Notes under the pieces: model-generated | What the model was told of the DNA's origin: nothing | What the model saw: the letters and a program-made list of their open reading frames with translations, nothing else | The model's database searches: none | Part shown: positions 49,145 to 61,830 of the stretch, piece by piece | Layout of the letters: each line of letters opens with the position of its first letter | Numbering within the stretch: position 1 is the stretch's first letter | Made by a program: the position numbers and the translations under genes | Assembly (NCBI RefSeq): GCF_964355755.1 | Contig: NC_092676.1 | Location: 2,051,788 to 2,115,787, forward strand | Direction of reading: 5' to 3' | Origin: Antedon mediterranea | Lineage: Eukaryota > Animalia > Echinodermata | DNA: 64,000 bases

Positions 49145-51865
49145 TAATTGTATGTTACCCAGTATTCTGGAAGCACTGTAATTGTAACACGTTTTGTGAC
49201 GTAACATTCCATCTGTTGTACCTAGCAACAACAAACTCTGTGTCTATTGTTCTGTACCACCTTTAATGCAGTATAGTACAATCATTTTTTCTGTAAATAT
49301 ATAATTTATTTCTACTTTAATTAAGATCATTTGTTTGTACATTTAATTATTCATATGGACAAGGTGCATATTTGTGCCTCAAATTAACTTATAAATATCA
49401 TTGATTTTAAATCAATAAGTTTACTATAATATACGTTTGTGTATTTATTTAGAAAATTATTACCGACCAAAAAATGAGATTCTTACTGAGACTGCATCTA
49501 TCAATATTTATCAATATCTATCCAGGAAGTTAACTCCCTCATCTATCTAAATAAAATAACTACAGTTAAATCATTTATATAAATATTTCCTAATAAGGGA
49601 GTATGATCATTCAATCCAAAATATATCTAAAAGTACCCTATCTCTTCTAAATAAGAGGTAACATTTGATTACTGTATCTAAATATCTCTACCAATTGGGT
49701 GGGACTGATGTGGGAAAATATAGATATGCCACCTTTATCAAAATATATAATTCAATTTACTTACGTTGTATTCAATGTTCAACGTTCCACTTTGTTTATA
49801 CCTAAAGCAGGCGTATCTGCAATGCTACCAACTTAGCAATAATAAGTATTGTACTTAAGTTATAGTTGGTAATAGATGTTATTTAATTTAGCTTTTAAGG
49901 AATTTGTATATAGTTATTTGGTTATTAAAGCGCTAGATTTTCTATAAATATTATTAAGACAAAGCAAAGCAAGATCTGAAATTGTCCGCCGTCTTTCTTG
50001 CATGTATTTGCATATATTTATATATATATATTTGCATATATTTTGCATACAGAATGATTTTCAAATAAATGCTGATTTGATATAAATTATTTTGTAAACT
50101 GTCTTTGTTTTACTTTGACAAAATTTAGGTTGGAGAATAACATAATTGCAATTCACAGAATCTTTGTATGTAAATAATATCTGTTTTCTAAAATGCATAC
50201 AATTGCTGTTTTACAAAATTGTAAAGATGTCTTAAAAATTTGACAATTTGTAAGTTTTAATTATCTTTTATTATATTTATTATATGAATATATTTATTAT
50301 TAGGAAATAGATTTTAAAATATTTTAAAGAGCAAAACATATTTTTTTACAGTAAGGGTGTGTTAGAGATAATACAAGATTATTCAGAAACATAAAATTTA
50401 GTTTAGGAGTGGCCAGAGCAGGAAAAAACATGGTTATCATATTGAGATATTGCAAATTATACAAATTTGTTGTTAAATCTGATGGAAAACTACAATATAT
50501 ATCAAAATATTTTAACAAAAAATGTTACCTTGATACAGTACAAAAGTGTGAAAGTTTTATACCTCTCTGTAAGATTTCTGGGAATAATCCATGTAAAAAT
50601 TTGTAATGTAAACCGGGTATAAAAACCAGTAATTATAGAGTAATCACTAGAGACGCACGGATATACTGTAAGCGCAGCGCAAGTAATTTGACCAATGACA
50701 AGCGACATAGATAGAAGCCCAGTGCAAAAATTGAAATGCTTAATCTTACATGATTTTGTAGAAACTGAAAGGCCTAAGTTATAATATAAAGATAATATGT
50801 TAAAATTGTCCGCATATCACGTTCATTTCCTATAGGAAGAAAGGATTTCAACTTTTAACAAGCCTTACATTACGCCGTAAAATTCAAAAGAAAAGCATAT
50901 GTTCTAGATTATCTATAATTGTCGAGGAAACAAAATAGATTAGTTTGGCAAATATTACAAAATGAATTATTAAAAAAAAACAATTATATCAACAATAAAT
51001 AAGATATCGAAATTGCTAAAGGATTGCCAAAATTAGATTATACAACAATTTTTTAATGGCAGTAATTTTAAGATGTTCACGTATGCACCTGTTGTATTAA
51101 TTATGCAAAGTCATGCATTAGCCAATTGTAAGACAGGAAGCTAATCGCATGCGTATCTATCAAACACTATTACCCCACTTGTCATTAACAATTGCTTTCA
51201 ACGTTCTACATAATTGATGTACGATTAATAAAATTAATCACATGTGCTGCAATTGTGGGTTTTGGGGGTTATTTTATCAATTTGAAACGACAGGAAAAGA
51301 TCCTATAATACTCAGCTGATGATATGAAAACAACCAGAACACAGTTGCAACCAATGCATGCATCTCGTGACGGACGAACGTAGGCTAAAATAGCGAAGGC
51401 AGGATCATGTGCAGTGTGCTGTCTGTTATCAGATTCTGTCTGTCTGTCCTACAAATAGAAGGTTACAGGTTCTTATAAAACTACAACATTCAATAAAGAT
51501 GATAAATAGCAACAGTAGAAACATTTAGAAACATTTGAGCATGCGCACAATTATTTTTGTTTCAATTTATGGAGGAATGTTGGTTATAATGGATGCGATC
51601 TAAAAGAATCACAAATGCCAGCCGATTTTACTGTCCAAAACCATAAATATCTCCAATTCAAAAAAAGGAAATTTCAACATTAATTGATTTGACTTTTATT
51701 AAATAAGGAAGAGAAACACCTGTTTGTTTAGGTAATAATATTATTTTGGTAGATAAACTCTACAGTAATGTGAATCACTCACGATAATTAAATTACAAAA
51801 TAAGAAAATAAACTATTTTTTCCGAAACGTGGACCTTTCCAATATTCAATTATGATATATGGATA

Positions 51866-53045
51866 GGGATTTTTTTGAAAAATGGCCAAAATAGCCACTT
51901 TTTAAAATTCAATTATTATGCAATAATATTGCTATATATGTGCATATATTGTGTTATCATCATCTTATAGAGCTATAGTAACTAGTTAAATCGAAAAAAT
52001 AAAAATATATCAAAATTTCCCTGTACTATACTGCCCTGACTCAACTGACACATTTTTCAAAAATCACTTTTTTAGCTTTTGGGGATATTTAGGGAATGAT
52101 ACACCTTGTGGTATATTCAGATATTCAAAATTTTAACAAGAAATATGAAATTTAAAAATCATTTATGTCAAAACTAGTTACTATAGCACAATTGACATGC
52201 GCAGAACGCATTATTCGTCTCTGCGCATGTTTATTATGCAACTTTAACCATTTATGTCAACAAAAAAAAGGTTCGAAAATCGGCCATTTTTCGAAAATTT
52301 CCCTGTACTATAGTACAGGGATTTTTTCAAAAAATGGCCAATTTTTTACCTTTTTATTTTTCGATAAAACTGGTTACTATAGCACAATTGACATGCGCAG
52401 AACCCATTATTCGCCTCTGCGCATGTTTATTATGCAATAGTAACCATTTATGTCAAAACTTGTTACTATAGCACAATTGACATGCGCAGAACCCATTATT
52501 TGTCTCTGCGCATGTTTATTATGCAATAGTAACCATTTATGTCAAAAAATAAAAGGGTAGAAAAACGGCCATAATAAACATGCGCAGAGACGAATAATGG
52601 GTTCTGCGCATGACAATTGTGCTATAGTAACCAGTTTTGACATAATATAAGGTCGAAAATTGGCCATTTTTTAAAAAAAATTTTCGAAAAATGGCCGATT
52701 TTCGACCCTTTTATTTTGGTATAATGGTATAGTAACCAGTTTTGACATAAATGGTTACTATAGCATAATAAACATGCGCAGAGTCGACTAATGGGTTCTG
52801 CGCATGTTAATTGTGCTATAGTAACCAGTTTTATCGAAAAATAAAAAGGTCGAAAATTGGCCATTTTTTTGTACTATAGTACAGGAATTTTTTTGAAAAA
52901 TAGCCAAAATAGCCACTTTTTAAAATTCAATTATTATGCGATAATATTGCTATATATGTGCATATATTGTGTTATCATCTTTTTATAGAGCCATAGTAAC
53001 TAGTTATGTCCAAAAATAAAAAGCTCGTAACTTGGCCATTTGAAA
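51866..53045. repeat. Complex foldback repeat: ~89-bp units in inverted orientation between ~140-bp direct repeats
   Basis: Units ctatagcacaattgacatgcgcaga...tctgcgcatgtttattatgc run forward at 52165-52555 and reverse at 52572-52883; direct repeats 51866-52000 and 52884-53022; perfect 20-bp palindrome ccctgtactatagtacaggg at 52301-52320. Confidence 0.8.
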
Positions 53046-53768
53046 AAAAAGTTATTTTGGCGTAATAGTCTTGATCTCTTCTAATAAAGTTATTTTGGTC
53101 TAATAGTGTCTTCGAACACAGTTATTATTATAATTATAGTAGATAATTGATTGTTGTACTGCAAACGTAAATTTCAAACTAAAATTACCTTTCCAGAAGT
53201 TGACAACAAAAGAATAGAAAGGTAATATTTATAATAGTATATTGTTTGCCTGGTAGTATACTAGTAATAAAGTAGTATTACAACAAAAGTTAGCAACGAT
53301 AATAGCATGGGGTCAAAGCCCAGGATGTGCATTGTTTACGATGAAAGTGAGAAACAACAAGTTTGGTATTGTAATCAAGAAATCGATGATTGAAAAAAAT
53401 TATTTATTTTTGATTGGTTCATACACAAAACAGTTTTGAATGCATCACAGGTTAAAGGTCGGGGTGATCCTTCGCTTACATTAAGGTTGTTGTTTTGCAT
53501 CCAAGCAGGAACTAAAGCTCTGTTTACACTATCAAATTTTATGCGACAAAAAAAAATGTGATGTGTCTATATATGGACCTGATGTCATATCACTACCATA
53601 TTTAGGCATATCACCACCAAATTTGAGAACCTCACACTTTTTTTGTCAAACTAGTTTGATAGTGTAGACAGAGCTTAAGCTTAACATTATGGATCATGGC
53701 AATTTTTTTAGGCCGTCTATATAGAAACTCCAACAAGAAGAGGACGCATTTAAAATCAAACAAATGGT

Positions 53769-54138
53769 CCCTTTAAAAGGGTGCCCCTTTAATAGGATGT
53801 CCCTGTAATAGGATGTCCCCTTAGTCGGGTGACCCCTTAGTCGGGTGACCCCTTAGTCGGGTGACCCCTTAATAGGGTGACCTCTTAATAAGGTGTCCCT
53901 TATTAGGGTGTCCTCTTAATAAGGTGTCCTCTTATTAAGGTGTCCTCTTAATAGGGTGTCCTCTTAATAGAGTGACCTCTTAATAGGGTGTCCTCTTAAT
54001 AGGGTGTCCTCTTAATAGGGTGTCCTCTTAATAGGGTGTCCTCTTAATAGGGTGTCCTCTTAATAGGGTGTCCTCTTAATAGGGTGTCCTCTTAATATGG
54101 TGTCCTCTTAATAGGGTGTCCTCTTAATAGGGTGTCCC
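53769..54138. repeat. 16-bp minisatellite
   Basis: Unit agggtgtcctcttaat and variants, about 23 copies. Confidence 0.9.
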
Positions 54139-54786
54139 ATATATAGGTCTGACTTCTTTTTCTATTAAAATACAATTTATCTTTAGCTTTGTCTGGAAAA
54201 CATGTTAAAATAACATTATTTTAAAATTCCATATCGACATACATTACAATTCAACATTTTCTCATGTATATAAATATCCTGGAGCAAATAGATTCTAAAA
54301 ATAGTGAAATTCTCCCCGACAGCCTGTAGCAGAATCACAAATATCTAAATTTAGTAATTATTTATAACCTAAAAAGTTTATAAAACAACATAAAATTTAA
54401 GAAAAACAAATTACAGATTACACATACAATATAATAAATATAAATAATTATAAATTAAAAAATGCTTATTGTTCTTTTAATTCCCAATATATAAATGTAT
54501 TTATAAATATAATCTAAATGTTCTCTTTAAATATATTCTATTAATTAGGAAATCATTGACATATTTAAAACATAACTTACAAATTAAAGTACAAAGCAGT
54601 ATAAAACTTAATATAGTATGTAGTTTATAAGTTATAAGGTTTCATTAAATTCCTGTTTTCTCTGAAATTAAAGATATCATGGCTGTACATGGACTTGTAT
54701 GCCCTTATATAGGCATATAACGGTTATAAGGTACGGTAATATGTAATAGTTAGAACAGAGGGTTAATTTCCTCAAACTATGATTTC

Positions 54787-55285
54787 CTATGAACGGTATA
54801 ACAGCATCCTGTATGCGCATACGGGCCCTACAAGATTTCCATACTCGGCCACTTCTTCCTTGTCTGCGTGCGAGCCTTGCATCGTCTTGTAAAAACCGTA
54901 CTCCATCGCCCGCCCTTTGTGTAGAGTCAAGATTTGGTTTATGTCAACCTCCGAATCAGCTATGATTTAAAAAAAAAGTAAAAATATTTTTATTGTTGTG
55001 AAGAAGATATGCGAGAAAATTTTTTTCCGTACAATAGTACATACTATTGTATGACATGTGACCCACAATTGTCCAATCAAATGACAGGAATTTATTTAGG
55101 TGTTATATAACATATCTTATATGATGAAATAATTAATTTTAGGTATCAAAATAGTAAACATTGTTACCTGTATTTTTATTGTCTAATCTAATGTACTTGT
55201 TTTCATCTAGCTTAGGACGGCAGTCTTCTATTGGTTGCCAGGTGTACGCCTCTGGACATAGTAGAAATGAACTTCCTATCTGTCC
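54787..55285 (-). CDS. ATE1: Arginyl-tRNA--protein transferase 1, last two coding exons
   Basis: Exon 55285-55168 encodes GQIGSSFLLCPEAYTWQPIEDCRPKLDENKYIRLDNKNT; phase-1 GT-AG intron; exon 54959-54787 encodes ADSEVDINQILTLHKGRAMEYGFYKTMQGSHADKEEVAEYGNLVGPVCAYRMLLYRS*. This matches the ATE1 C-terminus as I recall it (LLCPExYxWxPIE...LVG...RMLL). Upstream exons were not found in the window. Confidence 0.88.
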
Positions 55286-55593
55286 CTAAAATGGACAATA
55301 TATCATTTTAAACAGACAATATAGCACAAACATGTATCGAACCCATGCTTTCTAACATGCAGGTTTGATTCTCTACCATTGAACCATATCACATAAAAAT
55401 ATGCATGTCACATTAGAAATCTGAGATAATTTTTCTATCAATAATTTCAGAGTAAATGCCATGTACAACCCGTGTTTAGTAGGGGTATCCTCTGAATAGA
55501 GCTTGCCCCTTAGGATTCCACAGTAGTTTGAATTTCACTTAAATATTTATAAATAGTGAATATGGTTAAAATATATTAATACTAATATCAATG

Positions 55594-56178
55594 GGAAGAA
55601 TGCAAATACCTCGGTAGTAACTTGGACACAGAAAAAGACATTAAAAGAAGAAAATCACTAGCAGCTATGGCATATAACAAGCTGAAGTCGTCGCTAGAAC
55701 ACAAAACGATGTCTATAGACGTGAAATCCCGTTTGTTTGACGCATACATAGCAAGTATTTTCTTATATAACAGTGAACTCTGGGTACTAAACAAAAAATT
55801 ACAAGAGAGGAAAATCACAGGAAAATGTTGCGAAAGATGATAGATATTAAATTAACAGATAGAGTGTGTAACACGAAAATATACGAGATAACAAAACAAG
55901 AAGAATGGAGTAAAAGAATTAAACGAAGGAGACTAAAATGGTATGGACACATAATTAGATTACCAGATGATACCCCAATCAAACAAACAATGAAGGAAAC
56001 TAACAGGAAAGTAAAACGACCCGTAGGAAGACCAAGAAATAACTGGATGAATCAAATAAAGAAAGACTTACAAGGACTAGTAAACACTAACACAATAACA
56101 AACCATCCTGCCATAAACAGAAACAAATTGTGGAAAGCGTAATGTCGGAAGACGGAAAACGTTAACAACGTAACAACG
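55594..56178 (+). mobile_element. 5'-truncated non-LTR retrotransposon (RTE-like), frameshifted RT C-terminus
   Basis: KYLGS...DIKRR...FLYNSELW...MLRKM...RRLKWYGHIIR...RPVGRPRNNW; short tandem tail (taacaacg)2; 8-bp TSD TATCAATG at 55586-55593 and 56179-56186. Confidence 0.88.
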
Positions 56179-57394
56179 TATCAATGTCACAACTTCACTA
56201 TAAACTTGTGTCTACTAATTAATGTAATATCACATATTAATAAATGGATAATCAATAAATAAATATATGCAGAATGAACAAAAATATATGTAATGTAATG
56301 ATGTAAATAAATCAGACAATAAACACACACGTTTGCTCACTAAACAACAATATCTGTCAACAATAATAATGTCTATCATCAATAAATAAACAAAAACACT
56401 ACACAGTATTTTATAAATAAATATTGTGGTTCACCGCAAACCAAAACCTGGTTGCTTTACCACAAATATGTTCGGTAGTGTAAATATGAAGATATGATAT
56501 TATCAATGCATTATGTATTAATATGATTACTATATAATATGTAACAGCAGCAATGTGTTAATTTAAAGCTACTGTATATAATGTTATATTAATATTTTCT
56601 GTAATGGATTGCTTTCTAAATTTATTATGGAAGTTTACTGGGACTACAATAAGTACCAAATCAATATATATATTTAAATCATTGTTTAAAGAATATTTAT
56701 TATCATTTTACAAATAATTTTAAAAATAATACTTGTTGCCGGATTTAGCTTTTTTATTATTTATGTTTTAGTTTTTTAGGCTAGTTAGGGACATAGGGGG
56801 ACACAACTAATCAAGCTCTTTTGAGTTTTTATGTGTTTCCTTTTCATCTTTTTTATGTTCTCATATATTGTTGTTGTATATTTTCATGATTGAGGATGAA
56901 TAAAGAATATTTGAATTTGAAAATTTGAATAAACTTTTCAGCCACTGATAAGTTTATTCAAAATCTCCCAATGATAAAATATTATAATTCATGAAGTGTG
57001 CCTTGTCTCTTTAAAGCTTTTATACCATGTCTATATAAGGCACGCAAACTGATTAAATAAAATTAAATATAAAAATGAAACTGAGATATTATACATTATA
57101 CATGTAATAACTTAAGCTTTGTGGTTGTACTGTATTTCCATATAAAGATAAAGAAGATATGATATGATAACTACTCAGGAAGTGCTGAATGTCCCTGACT
57201 GATGTTAAACCTTTACCATCATCCCACATTACATTAGCATAGCCTTCATAAGTGCAATGAGGGCTGTGAAAGAACTCTAGTTCAAGGAATTCACATGCAC
57301 CCTGACACACAAAAAATGGCCTTTTAAGGGACCCTACTCAAAGGATAATGGCCCTGAGTTAACATAACTGGCTTTTTATAAAACCATACATTGA

Positions 57395-57495
57395 CATTGG
57401 CCCCTGGACATTGATTTTGGCCCTTGGACATTGATATTGCCACTGGACATAGATATTGGCCTCTGGACATAGATATTGGCCTTTGGACATAGATG
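57395..57495. repeat. ~21-bp degenerate tandem repeat
   Basis: ttggcc(c/t)ctggacat(t/a)gata-like unit, about 5 copies. Confidence 0.7.
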
Positions 57496-57949
57496 GTCTG
57501 TCACCACAACATTTTACCTACTTAATTTAAAACGGTTGATATTTTTTCATTCTGTTTAAACCATATTACTTTTACATTACATTCATTCAAACTTAAATGT
57601 ATTATTAAAATATGGAATACAAACAAATACATAAAGTTTATAAATCACAGTCAGTGTAAGATTTTAATTAAACACACAGGATATTATAGAGCCATTTTGT
57701 TGTAGGAAGGAATACCATGACGATGATGTACTTTGGATAGAAGGACGTTGTATTCATACAATATAGGAAAGGAAGCATAATAAGTCCACTTCCCACATGA
57801 TTATTATAGCAGAAGTATGGCCTGCCAATCATACACAAGATGTGTACTGAGGACAGATACCTACTCAGGTGGTAAATAGGCATGGCTAGAAACTGATGTC
57901 TAACAGTAGAATGGGAGCGGCTAATAATACCATTCGGTGGTATCGAACT

Positions 57950-58372
57950 TTAAAATGGGAGTGGCTAATAATACTACAAGCATCTAAATATAAAATGGGA
58001 GGGGCTAATAATACTACTTGCATCTAAATATAAAATGGGAGGGGCTAATAATACTACTAGTATCTAAATATAAAATGGGTGGGGCTAATAATACTACTAG
58101 TATCTAAATATGAAATGGATGGGGCTAATAATACTACTAGTATCTAAATATGAAATGGATGGGGCTAATAATACTACTTGCATCTAAATATAAAATGGGA
58201 GAGGCTAATAATACTACTAGTATCTAAATATGAAATGGGTGGGGCTAATAATACTACTAGTATCTAAATATGAAATGGATGGGGCTAATAATACTACTAG
58301 TATCTAAATATAAAATGGGAGGGGCTAATAATACTACTACAGGTAGTATCTAAATATGAAATGGATGGGGTT
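57950..58372. repeat. 40-bp tandem repeat, about 10 copies
   Basis: Unit atctaaatat(a/g)aaatgg(ga/at)ggggctaataatactactagt. Confidence 0.92.
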
Positions 58373-61300
58373 ACTTTCATCTGTGGTATCTAAATATAAC
58401 AAGAGCGTGGCTAACTTGATTGGTATTTAAATATAAAATTGGTGGTATTTAAATATAAAATGGTGGTATTTAAATATAAAATGGTGGTATAAAATTACAA
58501 ATCAATGAATAAATATTGTTATTAAATACAGTACAGGTAACATTCCAATACCACATATGGCAATTAAGCAATATATCATTAAGGATGATAAACAGTACTC
58601 ATGTGAGAGCTATAAATATCACTTCAATCAATCCCATTTATTGTCTGAATAGCTTTAAAATAATTAAGTATGGAACACTGGTAGAAATATAGGTCCTGTT
58701 TCTGCTGCATAAAAATAACCGGTTAAAAACGGTGTGAATAAATTAATTGTATTTTGGGTAATTCCAACGATTTTTGTCAAAGATCACCCACTGATTTAAA
58801 CGGTTATTTTGTAGCAAAAATTGAACAGAAATGCAGTAAATATAAAAATGATACTTTAAATCTATTTTGAAATGTTTTTATGTAAAAGGGTCCTGCGTAA
58901 ACAGAAGTGTAAACTTCTCTATGCAGGATCCTTGCCATCATTTATGCTATGAAACTATATTAAGGATGAGTAAATAAATGTGAATTTGAATTTGAAATAA
59001 ACAGTTAAATTATTGGGGCTATGCAGCAGAAACAGACCTACAGTATAGACACCATTGATTTTTTATATTGTGTTTATAAATTAGTGTTCAAGTATCAATA
59101 CATTTTTTAAAACACCAGATTACAAATTTAATCAATTGGATCATCAACAAGAAAATTGTTATCAATAATGTATATAGATTGTTTGTGAGACATAAAAATA
59201 GAAAAATAAATTTTGATGTATATTTAAAAAATTAAAACATTTTTTTTATTGTATTATACAAATTATTTTTTAACTTTTAAATATTATCTGTACTTTTTTT
59301 TAAATTAATGTTTTTGACATTGTTGATGTATTTTAACTGCAGTGTATTAACAAGAATTTTCTGATTTTATTTTATATAAATTAGACCAATAAAAGATGAA
59401 TTGAATTGAATTGACCTGTACACTAATTAGTGTACTAGGAAACTGGAAAGACATGTCTGGTAGAATGTAAAATTAAAGTGATAAATTAACAAAGTATTTA
59501 GACTAAGTTTAACATGTACTTTGTCACGTGCAGCCAAGGGGGTAAACACGCCAATAATTGTCTGTCTGTAAGTCCTATAGGAAGGATTCTTTCCTGTCAG
59601 GCGTTCTCCAGAGGGTTCCATTCTTGGAATAAGTAATACGAGAATAGGTAAAATGACTGGAAAGCTTCCTAACAGTGGTTTTTCGGTTCAAACAAAGTCA
59701 AAATACCGTAGTGTTTACATTAAATAATACAATACTGTCACCAGTTGTTGAGTTCATTGACCCTGAGTTTATCAGCAGCAGGTAATGCACGCAATATTTA
59801 CTCTCCTCCTCCCACTCGCAGTTCAACCTTAGGGTATTTACCTTTGTGCTCAAAATAGTATAAAAGGTAATAATATTGATTTACCTGATATGAAACCAGT
59901 TCAAATAATATATTCAAGTTCATTAAATAAAATCTGGCTGTTTTCTTATAAATGTAAAGGAATTCTTTGAATAGTAGCATGTAAAATAAATCAACAAGAT
60001 ATAAATAACATTTTTCAAAACATTGCTTCTGTTTTGTAGGTGGGAAGACAATAAACAATTTTAGACTGGGGTTTGTGGAAATATTCTATTTTAAACAAGA
60101 AACAACTTTGTGTCTGTCTAGAGCTGATCTAACTCCAAAAAAATACTATTGATAGTCATGCTAAACTAAAACCTAAGATATTAGTTTATCTTTGCCGTAC
60201 TAGACGACGTACCATTTAGTATTATTTGATAGGAATTGAATTATGTAAATATCCAGCACAAACAAACAAAAATTATAACGTCATAATTACTACTAATGTA
60301 CAACAAACGAAAACAACCGTTATTGTAGAGATGATGTAAATATTTTAACCATAAAAATACAAATATTATTCATATCCAAATAAAGGATATGCTAAAAGGA
60401 AATAAATATTAATTTGTAGACCACAAAAAGAAAGAAGAAAACAAAATAAAAGAAACTATAAATAAAAACAAAACCACTTGATAAAACAATGTGGGCTTTC
60501 TGTAGTTAGAAACATAGGTCAACTATCCTACATAATTAAACAAAGTTAAGTATCGTATTTTTAAAATAAAAAGATGAATTCTAGTCTGGTTTCTATTTTG
60601 GTTTCGATGGCCACTCCTACAGTATTACTAACTAAACAACGTCAAGACTAGATCAAGATAGTTGCATATTTTTTATGAAGAATTTTATATTTGAAGAAAT
60701 ACAATAAAACCACGGACCTATAAATTAAATTAAATTATAGGTCCATGGTAAAACGGCTATATATTATTGGGATCAACACTGTTTTCCCCTAATATGGGTG
60801 TTCCTAGTGGTTGGTCATACTGTTAAAACAAGAAATAAAGTAAAACCATGAACCTACAGTATAATATAAATTAATAGGTCGATGGGGGTCTATAGTAAAA
60901 TGGTTATCTAAGGGTGCCTCTTCAGGCATCAACAAAGTGTTTCTAGAGAGTGGTGTCCCTAGAGTGTCCCCTGAATAGGAACGTCTCACTGTCTCAAAGG
61001 TCCTACTCACTCTACTGTATACCAATTTGTTATTTCATTAGCTATTAAAATCATTGGTCCATACCCCCAGTTAAACCTCCTATATCATTAGATAATATAG
61101 AAGTCATAATATATACTATCGGCGTCAGAAAAGGAGTATTTTGTAGAAAATAAGCAAGTCTAGTTTATGGTTTTACATTCACATTCCATCAAGTTCTACT
61201 TGTCAATTACTAACATTTGATGAATGGTCCCCAGTAATGTAATCTTTTTCTTTGTGTATCTCCATCATCAGGCACAAATTTGTCAAAAAATAACATTTGT

Positions 61301-61559
61301 GACAAATGTTATTTTGTGACGACCTATGACCTGTGAATATTGTGTTCTTAACCTAGAATCTATAAAATCTGTGTTAATAAGTATGTTCAACCAAATGTCT
61401 TACATACACACAATAAATTAAATTGACTATTGTTTGTAGTTCCTAGTTTGGCAGAAAACAAAAGTTCTCTATCTTAACTCCTCAACCTGTTGTTACAAAA
61501 ATAATACATTGAGTAGTATACTATACTATTGTCACCTTTCCCCACACCCTTTTCCACAT

Positions 61560-61830
61560 TAATAATAATACGAATTTGTAATGCGCCAATTCCAGCAGTA
61601 AGTGAACAACGGCGCGGTGTATGAGAGAGCTCAATTTAAAAGAAAAAGATGAGTTTTCAAGGCAGATTTAAAGGCAATAGTAAAAGAACATGATCTAAAA
61701 GAGGCGGGTAGGTCATTCCATAAGCAAGAGGCAGCAGAAGTAAAGGTGCTTAGGCCATACGTTTTAGTGTTAAAAGTCGGAATGGAAAGGAGATTTTTTT
61801 AAGACGAGCGAAGGCGACGGGAAGGTATGT
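61560..61830 (-). mobile_element. LINE 3' fragment (L2/CR1 group)
   Basis: Minus strand reads IPSRRLRSS...IPTFNTKTYGLSTFTSAASCLWNDLPASFRSCSFTIAFKSALKTHLF, a typical LINE ORF2 end, followed by an (ATT)n tail. Confidence 0.75.
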
